The notes: a model not told the origin generated them from the letters alone. A stretch of 64,000 bases of DNA from an uncultured bacterium (GCA_965372795.1 CBDVDR010000008.1:73622-137621); one strand, 5' to 3'; shown: positions 28,599 through 38,594, counted from the stretch's first letter. A program made the numbers and translations.

Positions 28599-29594
28599 TT
28601 ATTTTAAAATTGTAACTTCACCGCTTGTTACAGTGATTTCACCATCTGAGGTTTCAACGATTAGAGCACCCGTTTGATCAATATCGCGAGCTATTCCATG
28701 GATGGTGCGGTTTCCCAGCCGCAGCGATATTTGATTGTTTAGCAGTGATGAATAGTCCCTAATTTTGTTTAGAGATTTTTTGAGATACTGCTTATTGTAA
28801 ATAATATATTCTCGTTCAAAATTAATCAAAAATTTATTGAGCAGTTCCACTCGATTAAGTTTTCGACGCAGGACTCGTCTTATTGAAGTGGCCAGCTTGC
28901 GAATGTCTTCGTGAAACATCCCTGTGGTTTGATTTACATTTATGCCTATACCGACAATTAGGAAATTGATTTTATTTTTTTCAGCTGAAAGCTCGGTAAG
29001 AATTCCGGCAGTTTTTTTTGAAGCTAAAATTATATCATTGGGCCATTTTATTTTGACCTTTTCAGGGAGATATTCTGAAATTGCATCCGCCAACGCCACC
29101 GCGGCCATAATTGAAATTCCCGGAGCGTGTTCCGGTTTAAATTTTGGCCTGAGTATAATCGAAACATAAATTCCACATTTAGGCGGGGAATGCCATATTC
29201 TGCCCAGACGCCCTCTGCCCTTGGTTTGCTCTTCGGCTGTTATAATGGTACCTTCTTCGGCACCTTTTTCAGCAAGCCCGGAGGCAATATCGTTTGTAGA
29301 TTTGATTCGATTGAATGAATGGCAATATTTTCCAATGAATTTTGTTTTGAGGTTATACAAAATTTCATCAGAGGTTAACGAGTCAGCAGCTTCTATAAAA
29401 CTGATTTCACTGTTTTTATTTTTATCAATCCGATATCCCAGTTCTTTCAATCTATTGTAGGCGTCAATAATTGCAGAGATATCGGTATCAAATCTTTTTG
29501 CCAAAGATGAGACTGAATAAAAATGTCCTTCCTTTTTTCGAATATAAAGAAGAACATTATCGGCAAGTTTTTCGTTGGCTATCAAATCAGACAT
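28599..29594 (-). CDS. birA: Bifunctional biotin--protein ligase / repressor (type II, N-terminal HTH)
   Basis: N-terminal HTH, STND, AEEQTKGRGRLGR.W, KWPND, KTAGILTE, GIGIN, SGE. Confidence 0.95.
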   Translation of the reverse strand: MSDLIANEKLADNVLLYIRKKEGHFYSVSSLAKRFDTDISAIIDAYNRLKELGYRIDKNKNSEISFIEAADSLTSDEILYNLKTKFIGKYCHSFNRIKSTNDIASGLAEKGAEEGTIITAEEQTKGRGRLGRIWHSPPKCGIYVSIILRPKFKPEHAPGISIMAAVALADAISEYLPEKVKIKWPNDIILASKKTAGILTELSAEKNKINFLIVGIGINVNQTTGMFHEDIRKLATSIRRVLRRKLNRVELLNKFLINFEREYIIYNKQYLKKSLNKIRDYSSLLNNQISLRLGNRTIHGIARDIDQTGALIVETSDGEITVTSGEVTILK

Positions 29595-30476
29595 TTACTC
29601 AACAGCCTGTAAACTAAAATCTGAATTTGGTGCCGAATGCGTTAGAGCGCCAACAGAAATATAATCAACCCCGGTGGATGCGATCTTGGCAACGGTTTCA
29701 AGAGAAACATTTCCCGAAGCTTCAAGTTTTACAAGGGGATTAATTTTCCTTGCAATGGAGACAAGATTTAATAATTGATCAATCGTTTGATTGTCCAAAA
29801 GTAATCGGTGGGCTCCGGCGTTGATTGCTTCGGTTAATTGATTTTCGTTTGTAACTTCAACTTCTATTACAATTTCATTGGCATCCAGATTGAATTGCAG
29901 TCTGAAATCGGAAGTTTGAATATATTCTTTTGCCAGATTGACGGCACTAGTGATATTTCCTGACGAAGCGATATGGTTATCTTTAATCAAAATCATATCA
30001 AATAAGCCGAGTCTGTGATTTTCGCCTTTGCCATGAACGACGGCTTGTTTTTCTATTAGTCTCCAACCCGGTGTTGTTTTACGAGTATCAACAATACGAC
30101 ATTGATTATCACCGATCAATTTTACAAATTTATTTGTAAGGGTCGCAACTCCGCTAAGGTGACCGAGGAAATTTAAAGCGGTTCGTTCAGAAGTTAGTAC
30201 GGTTTGGTTAAACCCGTCAATTTCTACAATAAGATCGCCTGATTTAAAAGAATCACCGTCATTAATTTTGAAATCAATTATATTTGCAGAATCTACAATT
30301 TCAAAAGCCACCAGTGTGGGGAATTTACCTGATAAAATGCCGTCAGATTTTGCGACAATTTTACCTTTAAATGGGTTGGGCTCTAAACAGGCAAGCGAGG
30401 TTAAATCACCAAAACCAATATCCTCTTTCAGAGCCTCTTTTACCAGACGAATTGTTGCTTCGTGAAGTGAACTCAT
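29595..30476 (-). CDS. nadC: Nicotinate-nucleotide diphosphorylase (QPRTase)
   Basis: EDIG.GDLTS, ERTALNFL, DTRKTTPG, HRLGL.D.ILIKDNH, LLLDN, EASG, ISVGALTHS. Confidence 0.96.
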   Translation of the reverse strand: MSSLHEATIRLVKEALKEDIGFGDLTSLACLEPNPFKGKIVAKSDGILSGKFPTLVAFEIVDSANIIDFKINDGDSFKSGDLIVEIDGFNQTVLTSERTALNFLGHLSGVATLTNKFVKLIGDNQCRIVDTRKTTPGWRLIEKQAVVHGKGENHRLGLFDMILIKDNHIASSGNITSAVNLAKEYIQTSDFRLQFNLDANEIVIEVEVTNENQLTEAINAGAHRLLLDNQTIDQLLNLVSIARKINPLVKLEASGNVSLETVAKIASTGVDYISVGALTHSAPNSDFSLQAVE

Positions 30477-30625
30477 ACCTTAAGAGAATATACAACCCGG
30501 TAAAAGTCAATTAGGAAATTGATCATGCCTGATAACTTTTTAAAAAATAATTTACAATTGATCAAATTAATTACCCTATGCTTTGAGTTGCATTGCGTAT
30601 AAATAAGCTATAAATTGGAGTTATT

Positions 30626-31558
30626 ATGAAAAAGACTATTGCTATACTTGGATACGGTTCGCAGGGCAGTGCAATTGCTCAAAATTTGCGAGACAGTGGA
30701 TATAATCTGATAATAGGATTACCACCCAAATCAAAATCCCGGCGAAAAGCTAACAAGGATGGTTTCAAACCGGTTATGACTATCAGTAATGCCGTAAAGA
30801 GAGCTGATGTTATCTGTTTTGCTTTCCCCGATCATCTTCATGGCCGAGTTTATGATAAAGAGATCAAACCGTATTTGCTTTCAGGTAAGTCTTTATGGTT
30901 TTTACATGGAATGTCGGTTCATTTTGGTTTTGTAAATCCTCCTGAGGAATGTGATGTATTCCTTGTTGCTCCCCACGCTCCGGGTATAACTGTTCGAGAA
31001 AAATATTTAATTGATAGAAGCTTATCGGCGTTCTACTCCGTAAATCAGGATTTCAGCGGAAACGCCAAACAAACCACCCTTGCAATAGCTTCAGGTTGCG
31101 GATTTCAAAAAAAACGCCTGGTTTCAACCAGTTTTGAACATGAAGCAATCGGAGACCTTTTTGGAGAACAGGCTGTTCTTTGCGGAGGATTGGCATCGCT
31201 GATAAAAAACGGTTTTGATACCCTTGTAGAAAATGGGTTTCCCTCAGAAAATGCGTATCTTGAGGTAGCTTATCAATTAGATTTGATTATTAAACTAATC
31301 AAAGAACATGGAATCAATGGCATGTTTGAGCGGATTTCAATCGCGGCTCAATACGGTTCAGCTGAAACGGGTCCAAAAATAATAGATAAAGAAACAAAAC
31401 AGCGAATGAAAAATATTTTTGAACATATCAGTTCCGGCGAGTTCCCAACAAGGCTAAACTCTTTGAAAGACAAAGAGATAACAAAAATGAAAAAGAATTT
31501 AAAAAAGCTCTCAAGCCCGGAATTTGAAAAAGCGGCACGTAAATACTCCCCCAAATAG
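30626..31558 (+). CDS. ilvC: Ketol-acid reductoisomerase family protein (class I, divergent active site)
   Basis: IAILGYGSQG, NLRDSG, HG, DLFGEQAVLCGG, GFDTLVE.G. Confidence 0.85.
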   Translation: MKKTIAILGYGSQGSAIAQNLRDSGYNLIIGLPPKSKSRRKANKDGFKPVMTISNAVKRADVICFAFPDHLHGRVYDKEIKPYLLSGKSLWFLHGMSVHFGFVNPPEECDVFLVAPHAPGITVREKYLIDRSLSAFYSVNQDFSGNAKQTTLAIASGCGFQKKRLVSTSFEHEAIGDLFGEQAVLCGGLASLIKNGFDTLVENGFPSENAYLEVAYQLDLIIKLIKEHGINGMFERISIAAQYGSAETGPKIIDKETKQRMKNIFEHISSGEFPTRLNSLKDKEITKMKKNLKKLSSPEFEKAARKYSPK

Positions 31559-31659
31559 CTATTAGTTGTTGTATAACAATAGTTTATCAATCAAGATAGA
31601 TATGATTGCAATAAGAGATCCTGATTGATAGTTATTTTTGATTTATGGCATTTTCTAAT

Positions 31660-31731
31660 TTGACTTATTTAATAAATTTCATACACTAATCATTGTGAAA
31701 ATATTAACAAATTATGACAATTTTATGACAT
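31660..31731 (+). promoter_or_regulatory. Promoter of the TonB receptor operon with Rex/Crp-like palindrome and 11-bp-period direct repeat
   Basis: TTGACT (31660) N16 TACACT (31682); TTGTGAA-AATA-TTAACAA 31693-31710; TTATGACA x2 within 31712-31730. Confidence 0.5.
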
Positions 31732-31785
31732 CTTTTGAATAATGGACTCTAACTTAGACAAACAATAATAGATAAGGGAAAATGA

Positions 31786-34086
31786 ATGAAATTGTCTAAA
31801 TTATTATGCATCGTTTATATATTTATTATCCTCTTTTCAGCTGCAATTCATGCTGGCGTGATTACCGGAAAAGCTATAAACTCGGAAACTAAAATTGTAA
31901 TTAGAGATGTCAACATTATCATTATTGAAACTGGAGATGTTGTATCGTCAGACCGACACGGTGAATTTAGCTTTAATAAACTTTTAGATGGAAAATATCG
32001 ATTAGTTGCCAGCCATATAGCTTATGATCCAAGCGATACAATTTACATCGAAGTAAACGGCAGCGAAAAGATCAAAATTGAACTTAATCCTACTCCCTGG
32101 GTGCTTAATGATGTAGTTGTTACCGGTACCCGTTCTCCGCATCTTTTAAAAGATGTTCCGGTTCAAACCGAAGTAATTACTCAGCGGGATTTCCAGCGCA
32201 CCGGAGCGACAACAGTCGGCCAGGCGCTTGAATCATCAATCGGGATTAATATATCAGAAGATTTATCAGGTATGGGTGCGCAGATTCGCGGTATTGAAGG
32301 CGATCGGGTTTTGATTCTGATTGACGGTGAAAGAGCTGTTGGCCGGGTGCGAGGTTCGATTGATCTTGGGCAGTTTGATCTTTCCAATGTGGAAAAAATT
32401 GAAACGGTCAAAGGTGCCGGCTCTACTTTATATGGTAGTGATGCTATGGGCGGCGTTATAAATATCATTACCAAAAAACCGAAACGCAGTGAAGGTAATC
32501 TGAATTTGAATTTTGAAGCGGGTGGTCCGGCTCCTTCTTTTGGTGATAAATATCATCCCTTCTCAAGCGCACCTCCGGCTTACGATCCTGCCAAAGCAGA
32601 GTTAAATACGGCAAACTTTACGCTGGGTGGTGATTATGGAAATGATATTACCGGAGTCTCTTTTGGCGGTCGTTTCTATAAGACAGACGGCTTCGATTTA
32701 AAAAAAGAAACGCCCCATACTAATGGGGTTGAAAAGATCAGCAGATATAATTTGAATGCGAAACTTCGTCAGAAACTTTCTAACAAGTGGTCTGTAACCG
32801 GTTCAACAAGATATATGTTTGAACAAAAGGATTGGATAGAATCAGAGGTTTTTCCTCCTAATTTAGTATTTTCATACGATGATGTTGAGACTAACAAACG
32901 ATATGATGGTTCGGTTACTTTTGATTATTTATCCGGCGACCGTTATTCGATGAAATTCCGCCTTTTTGGCACTTACTATGATCATGACTGGAGCAAAATA
33001 AGTTCTTCCAGCGGTGACTGGTTAGACACTTCAGCAACGGAAGATATTTTTTACGAAGTATCATACAGCTCAAATTATGTTATCGGTGACAAACATATAG
33101 CGACCTATGGTTTTGATTATAACAAACAGGATTTAAAGTCGACCGAACTGATTGCAGAATCAAAAGCTGATGAAGCCGGTGATGTTTATTTTCAGTATGA
33201 ATACAGCCCTCACAAGAAATGGAATATTCTTTCCGGTGTTCGATATGAAAACCATAGTTCTTTTGGCGGTCATGTTAATCCTTCGTTAAATGTTATGTAC
33301 AGTGCCAGCGAAGGAGTCAAAGTTCGCGGATCTGTCGGGCGAGGATTCCGCGCACCATCAATTAAGCAGCAGTACTTTATTTTTGATCATTTGTCTGCCG
33401 GTTATATTGTTTATGGCGGGATGGTTGATCTTCCTGATAATCTTCTGCAGCAGGTTGGTGAGGATATGAATCCATTGATTCAGGAAACATCCCTTAATTC
33501 TTCGATTTCAGTAGAGATGTCATACGGAACTATGGGGCTTCATCGTTTTACATATTTTTATAATCACCTCGATAATTTAATTGATTTTACTCTGATTGGT
33601 TTTCCTGAACCGTATTGGCGTGGAGTTTATATATATCAGAATATTGAAACAGCGTTTACCCAGGGGATAGAATGGGAATCGCGAATTCGTCTTTCGAGCA
33701 CGCTTGATATGTCATTTTCATATAATTATTTGAGCACTCGTAATCTTGGTACCGGTGATAGACTTATTAACCGTCCTGATCATTCGTTTAAATTCTTTGT
33801 CACCAGTTATTTTGAAAAATATAGATTTGGGGCAAGTTTCTGGGGAAATTATCGTTCCCGTAAATTATGGGTTCCACGTACGAACACCGGCGGCAATGAA
33901 GGGGATCCGGTATTTGCGCCGCATCGTACAACTCTTAATATGAATCTCTTCAAAAGATTTAATAATGGTATGGAAACGTATTTGCGAATAGAAAATATTC
34001 TTGATGAAGTAAATGTTAATTACGGATATTGGCCCGGGATTACTTTTTCTATCGGGTTAAAATATGATATGTCACTTAATAAGTAG
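31786..34086 (+). CDS. TonB-dependent outer-membrane receptor (HmuR/CirA-like)
   Basis: Signal peptide, carboxypeptidase-regulatory-like N-domain, VVVTGTR, plug motifs IRG...VLILIDG and IETVKGAGSTLYGSDAMGGVINIITK, FRAPS, beta-barrel. Confidence 0.92.
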   Translation: MKLSKLLCIVYIFIILFSAAIHAGVITGKAINSETKIVIRDVNIIIIETGDVVSSDRHGEFSFNKLLDGKYRLVASHIAYDPSDTIYIEVNGSEKIKIELNPTPWVLNDVVVTGTRSPHLLKDVPVQTEVITQRDFQRTGATTVGQALESSIGINISEDLSGMGAQIRGIEGDRVLILIDGERAVGRVRGSIDLGQFDLSNVEKIETVKGAGSTLYGSDAMGGVINIITKKPKRSEGNLNLNFEAGGPAPSFGDKYHPFSSAPPAYDPAKAELNTANFTLGGDYGNDITGVSFGGRFYKTDGFDLKKETPHTNGVEKISRYNLNAKLRQKLSNKWSVTGSTRYMFEQKDWIESEVFPPNLVFSYDDVETNKRYDGSVTFDYLSGDRYSMKFRLFGTYYDHDWSKISSSSGDWLDTSATEDIFYEVSYSSNYVIGDKHIATYGFDYNKQDLKSTELIAESKADEAGDVYFQYEYSPHKKWNILSGVRYENHSSFGGHVNPSLNVMYSASEGVKVRGSVGRGFRAPSIKQQYFIFDHLSAGYIVYGGMVDLPDNLLQQVGEDMNPLIQETSLNSSISVEMSYGTMGLHRFTYFYNHLDNLIDFTLIGFPEPYWRGVYIYQNIETAFTQGIEWESRIRLSSTLDMSFSYNYLSTRNLGTGDRLINRPDHSFKFFVTSYFEKYRFGASFWGNYRSRKLWVPRTNTGGNEGDPVFAPHRTTLNMNLFKRFNNGMETYLRIENILDEVNVNYGYWPGITFSIGLKYDMSLNK

Positions 34087-34109
34087 TTTTTTTTAAAAGG
34101 AGTTTTTTG

Positions 34110-35141
34110 ATGAAACGTGTATTAGTTAGTTTGACAGCCATGTTATTGCTTCTGGTTATCGGTTGCAGTGACGATGACCCGGTAGTAGGTAGCGACTCTA
34201 CAGGATTTGTTGAAGAAACCGTTCAGAATATAGATGGATCTTTTACAACGACAGTCGATGCGTCTGATACTGATGTCTTTGCATTTTATTCTTTTGATGC
34301 TCAAGACAATGTTGTCTCGACAGGAGCCTGGGATATTGCTTTTAAACGTGAAGCAATTAAAACCAATGGCGGTTCTTCAATGATGGGCAATGGTAGTGCC
34401 GTAGCTCATGACCTTGGAGCCGTTGATTTTGCAGCTGTAGCTCTTGGTGATACTACCGGACTTACATGGATGTCTGATGAAGTTGACCATGCGATTGATG
34501 ATTGGTATGTATATAATCCTCAATCCCATGAAATAACTTATAATGGTTATGTATTCTCGATGCTTGATGCCGAGGGTGATAACTATATCAAATTCCGTTT
34601 TGACTCAACCCATAATGCAGCTCAGGGAAGTATGGGAATAGTTCATATCTCTTATTTCTATCAGGCAACTCCAAACTCTTCGGACTTGTCAGGAACAGTT
34701 GTCGAGACATTTTTTGAAGTAGGACATGGTGCGGTTTATTTTGATTTTTCAAGTGGTTCTGTTGTAACTCCTAATGATCCTGAAAATGATCTGACATGGG
34801 ATTTAAAATTTGCTAATTTTGAAATTTCTCAAAATAGCGGTCCAAACGGAATCGGTGACTGTGCCGCCTTTCAGGCCTGGGGTGAAATAACTGATCCATC
34901 AGATATTGATGCTTTTACAGCCCAACCAACTGGCGCTCCGCTATTTTCTGATATTCCCGGTTCAGCTATGACTGAATGGTATACATATAATGGCGAAACT
35001 CATCAGCTTTCATCAGATGGCAATGTATATCTGGTTAAATCAGGCGGACATATTTATGTTGTTCAGATTGAAAGTTATTATGGTGAAGTTGACGGTGCTC
35101 CGGCAAGTGCTCATTATACTTTCATGTGGAAAGCTCTCTAA
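34110..35141 (+). CDS. HmuY-family lipoprotein with two HmuY-like repeats
   Basis: Lipobox LLVIGC; repeated WDIAF..(I)KTNGG / WDLKF..(I)SQNSG and WYVYNPQSHEI / WYTYNGETHQL motifs; adjacent to the TonB receptor. Confidence 0.8.
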   Translation: MKRVLVSLTAMLLLLVIGCSDDDPVVGSDSTGFVEETVQNIDGSFTTTVDASDTDVFAFYSFDAQDNVVSTGAWDIAFKREAIKTNGGSSMMGNGSAVAHDLGAVDFAAVALGDTTGLTWMSDEVDHAIDDWYVYNPQSHEITYNGYVFSMLDAEGDNYIKFRFDSTHNAAQGSMGIVHISYFYQATPNSSDLSGTVVETFFEVGHGAVYFDFSSGSVVTPNDPENDLTWDLKFANFEISQNSGPNGIGDCAAFQAWGEITDPSDIDAFTAQPTGAPLFSDIPGSAMTEWYTYNGETHQLSSDGNVYLVKSGGHIYVVQIESYYGEVDGAPASAHYTFMWKAL

Positions 35142-35187
35142 AGTAACAAAGTTACTTAGATATTAAGTAAAGTAATACTTAATTTTT

Positions 35188-35216
35188 AAAAACTCCGGTT
35201 ATGCCGGGGTTTTTTT
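35188..35216 (+). terminator. Rho-independent terminator
   Basis: AAAAACTCCGG-TTATG-CCGGGGTTTTT followed by more Ts. Confidence 0.75.
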
Positions 35217-35283
35217 ATATCAAGTACTAAAGCATAGCAATTTTAATGGTTGACGCTAATATAAGCTGGCATTAGCTTTTCGT

Positions 35284-37281
35284 ATGAGTAAATTTTTAAA
35301 AACATCAGCAATAATGACGGTCATTATATTGACGGTCATGATCGGATATTTTTTTTATGATAATTATCGGGAACGATCAGTTCCTGAAAAAATTGCCCGG
35401 ATTATTCATATCGAAGATAGCCGTCAAATAACAAGCAAACTCAAAGATTATCTTGAAGATCCGCAAAGCGAGGTTCGTTCACGAGCAGCACTGGCTGTGG
35501 GCCGTATTGGTTCGCCTGAGAGTGGTCAACTTCTATATAAGATGGTGGGTGATAGTTCGATAGATGTTGCCTCGACAGCCGCATTTGCAATCGGACTAAC
35601 CAACTCAAAAAAATATGCCTCAAAGCTGATCGGCATTGCTTTTGATTTGCCGGCTACCGTTGGAACCGAAGCGGTAGTTTCTGCCGGCCGGTTAGCTGAC
35701 AGCAGCATGACTGATGTGATTGATGAGATAATACAGTACATGACTCATCCCTCACCTGATGTGCGTGAAGCGGCGATTAAAGCTTTATTTTATAGTAACG
35801 CTAAATCCAAAGCGGCTGATATTATTAATTTGATGCAAAATGAAAAGGATGAAGTTGTTCGACAGGCAGGCCTGTTTACTTTGGCTCGCTTTAAAATTAG
35901 TGAAGCTTCTCAAATTTATATTGATAATCTTGCTGATCCCGAACCGTATGTGCGTGCCTCGGCAATACGAGGATTGGGTGCTGTCAAAAATAAAGAGACG
36001 GAACATTATTTAACAATAGCGTTGAATGATTCTGATGTTCGGGTTGTTGCTCAGGCAATAATTGAACTAAGCCGATCAGAATCAAAAAACAGCGGGGCAC
36101 TGTTAGTAAAAAAACTTGAAAAAGAGACGGATGAAAATTTAGTTCTTTTACTTTTAAACGGTTTGCGAACTCTTGAGTATCGCCTCGGAGTAAAAGCTGC
36201 CCATCAATGGATAGATTCATTAAGCTCTTCAACTGTTATCGGTGCGGCTGTTAAATATGTTGCTACGATTAGAAGCGACCGGACAGTAAAATTATTGGAT
36301 TCACTAATCACACTTGACGATCCATATATTAAGGAAGCATGTGCTGAAGCTTATGGTATTATTAATACTACAAATGTAATACCCCGTCTGGCGACTTTGT
36401 TCAAGGATGAAGATCCGATGGTGCAGGCGGCGGCCTTTACTGAACTGGTAAGAATTGATAGTGGAAATGTGGATTTTTATATTAATCAGGCGTTGAACAA
36501 TAAAGATTTTGTGATGATCGTTTATGCGCTTGATCATATTAAAACTAAAAAGTTGGCTTCCTATCTGCCGGTATTGAATACCATGATGTCACGAGGTGAA
36601 GAGATTGACTTTGATATCCGAAGATCAATAGTGGATGTTGCCTCAGGTTTTCTAAATGAAAATAAAACCGACACTCTGGCGTTGGAATTATTAATTATGG
36701 GTGCGCTTGATAAGAATTTTATTATTCGTAAAGATGCTATTGATGTTTATAAAGAAATTTATGATGAAGATCGCTATGGGATGCTTCGGTCGGTTGATAC
36801 CAGGCTTTCAGAGTGGAAACTTTCATCGGCAGTCGAAGAATATCAAACCAATCCGCTGGCGATACTTACAACCAATAAAGGTATTGTTGAATTTGAATTA
36901 CTTTTTGATACTGCGCCTTTAACGGTTCTAAATTTTATTGAATTTGCAGAGACACATTTTTATGAGGGATTGACCTTCCATCGCATTGTTCCAAATTTTG
37001 TTGTTCAAGGCGGTGATCCTTATGGAACCGGCTGGGGCGGACCTGATTATTTCATTCGCTGTGAATATTCTAATCTGCCTTATAAAACAGGAACGGTTGG
37101 TATTGCTACCTCCGGGAAAGACACCGGCGGATCACAGTTCTTTTTTACTCTGTCCCCACAACCGCATCTTGAAGCACGATATACGATATTTGGGCAGGTT
37201 ATTTCGGGGATGGATGTTTTGTTGAATATTAATAAAGGCGACTATATAGAGGAAATTGAAATTAAGGATCAAACATTATGA
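35284..37281 (+). CDS. HEAT-repeat protein with C-terminal cyclophilin-type peptidyl-prolyl isomerase
   Basis: N-terminal TM; repeated D....VR.AA..AL HEAT units; FYEGLTFHRIVPNFVVQGGDP.GTG.GGP, DTGGSQFF, PHL...YTIFGQV. Confidence 0.9.
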   Translation: MSKFLKTSAIMTVIILTVMIGYFFYDNYRERSVPEKIARIIHIEDSRQITSKLKDYLEDPQSEVRSRAALAVGRIGSPESGQLLYKMVGDSSIDVASTAAFAIGLTNSKKYASKLIGIAFDLPATVGTEAVVSAGRLADSSMTDVIDEIIQYMTHPSPDVREAAIKALFYSNAKSKAADIINLMQNEKDEVVRQAGLFTLARFKISEASQIYIDNLADPEPYVRASAIRGLGAVKNKETEHYLTIALNDSDVRVVAQAIIELSRSESKNSGALLVKKLEKETDENLVLLLLNGLRTLEYRLGVKAAHQWIDSLSSSTVIGAAVKYVATIRSDRTVKLLDSLITLDDPYIKEACAEAYGIINTTNVIPRLATLFKDEDPMVQAAAFTELVRIDSGNVDFYINQALNNKDFVMIVYALDHIKTKKLASYLPVLNTMMSRGEEIDFDIRRSIVDVASGFLNENKTDTLALELLIMGALDKNFIIRKDAIDVYKEIYDEDRYGMLRSVDTRLSEWKLSSAVEEYQTNPLAILTTNKGIVEFELLFDTAPLTVLNFIEFAETHFYEGLTFHRIVPNFVVQGGDPYGTGWGGPDYFIRCEYSNLPYKTGTVGIATSGKDTGGSQFFFTLSPQPHLEARYTIFGQVISGMDVLLNINKGDYIEEIEIKDQTL

Positions 37282-38090
37282 TAAAATTCCGCTACTTTGC
37301 ATTTGTGCTTTTCTTTGTACTTTCCGGATTACTGATAAACTCAAATTTGAGTTGTGAAGAATACAACGCACAAGATATAATTGAAAAGATATTAGCTGTT
37401 GAGGCTGTACAGAAAGAGAAGCTAAAAGATATTGTGATAGATGCAGAAATGCTTGAAGGTGAAATAAAGGATGGTAAATTTGTTGAAAAATCTAAATTTC
37501 TAAAAAAAGTTTACATTAAATTTCTTCCCGACACAACTTTGATGGTCGAAAAATATCTTGAGTATTACAAAGAAGGTGAAAAACAGTCCGAAAAGAAAAT
37601 GAATGACGAAGTCAAAAAGAAGTTAGAAAAGAAAAAGAAACGAAAAGCAAAAGATATTTCCAATTCAATGTATAAACCTTTCTATGAAGAGATGAAAGAT
37701 ATCTATGAAATAGAATTCAAGGGATTGAAAAAAGAAAAAGTCAACGGTTATAGCTGTTTTGAGTTTAAGGTGAAATCAAAAATTAAAGATTCTGAACATA
37801 TCAATGGCAGTTTCTTCTTTGACAGTAAATCATATAATCTGGTGCGAGTTGAATTTGTCCCGGCTAAATTAGTAAAGAAGCTGATGTTCAAACTGAAAAA
37901 ATTGGACATGGTTTTAAATTTTCAAGAAACAGATGCCGGTTTTTGGATTGCAGAAAAATTTGAAATTGACGGACAAGGTAAAGCGGCGATATTTATAGGG
38001 GTTAAGTTTGCAGTTGAAGAAACTTACTCAAATCCGATTTTTAATAGCGGTTTGGATGATAAAATATTTGAGGTTAACGATGGAAAATAA
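37278..38090 (+). CDS. Hypothetical exported Lys-rich beta-sheet protein
   Basis: Signal peptide; 4-nt overlap with the upstream gene. Confidence 0.7.
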   Translation: MIKFRYFAFVLFFVLSGLLINSNLSCEEYNAQDIIEKILAVEAVQKEKLKDIVIDAEMLEGEIKDGKFVEKSKFLKKVYIKFLPDTTLMVEKYLEYYKEGEKQSEKKMNDEVKKKLEKKKKRKAKDISNSMYKPFYEEMKDIYEIEFKGLKKEKVNGYSCFEFKVKSKIKDSEHINGSFFFDSKSYNLVRVEFVPAKLVKKLMFKLKKLDMVLNFQETDAGFWIAEKFEIDGQGKAAIFIGVKFAVEETYSNPIFNSGLDDKIFEVNDGK

Positions 38091-38574
38091 ATTTAGAACC
38101 AAAGTTATAAAAGTAGAAATTCCACCGGATTGTAATATTATTTTTGGACAATCGCATTTTATTAAAACTGTTGAAGATATTTATGAAACCCTGATTACAG
38201 CTTCGACCGAAATAAAATTTGGAATTGCATTTTGTGAAGCATCCCAGCAAAGATTGGTCAGGTCAGATGGAAACGATAATGAAATGATACAAAAAGCAAT
38301 TGATGCCGCTTTTCATGTCGGGTGCGGCCATACTTTCTTTATTTATATGAAAAACGGTTATCCGATCAATGTAATGAGACGGGTAAAAGAGGTTGAAGAA
38401 GTTTGCCGGATATTCTGTGCAACGGCAAACGCCCTTGAAGTGATAATTGCTGAAACAAATCAGGGTCGCGGAGTGCTGGGAGTTGTTGACGGTGAAATGC
38501 CTTTGGGTGTTGAAAATGAAGATGACAAAGAGAAACGTCGACAGTTTTTGAGAACGATAGGTTATAAGCGATAA
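38080..38574 (+). CDS. Adenosine-specific kinase family protein (DUF355)
   Basis: NIIFGQSHFIKTVEDIYE, FGIAFCEAS, CRIFCATAN, GRGVLGVVDG, FLRTIGYKR; ATG 38080 after SD GAGG. Confidence 0.9.
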   Translation: MENKFRTKVIKVEIPPDCNIIFGQSHFIKTVEDIYETLITASTEIKFGIAFCEASQQRLVRSDGNDNEMIQKAIDAAFHVGCGHTFFIYMKNGYPINVMRRVKEVEEVCRIFCATANALEVIIAETNQGRGVLGVVDGEMPLGVENEDDKEKRRQFLRTIGYKR

Positions 38575-38594
38575 TTAACATTGGAGTATAAGTA

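Noticed and set aside
31559..31785. Cobalamin or TPP riboswitch before the TonB receptor
   Set aside because: Very AT-rich with no B12-box or TPP core motifs.
35141..35183. Two short AT-rich palindromes after the HmuY-like gene
   Set aside because: Low complexity and immediately followed by a conventional terminator; no independent support.
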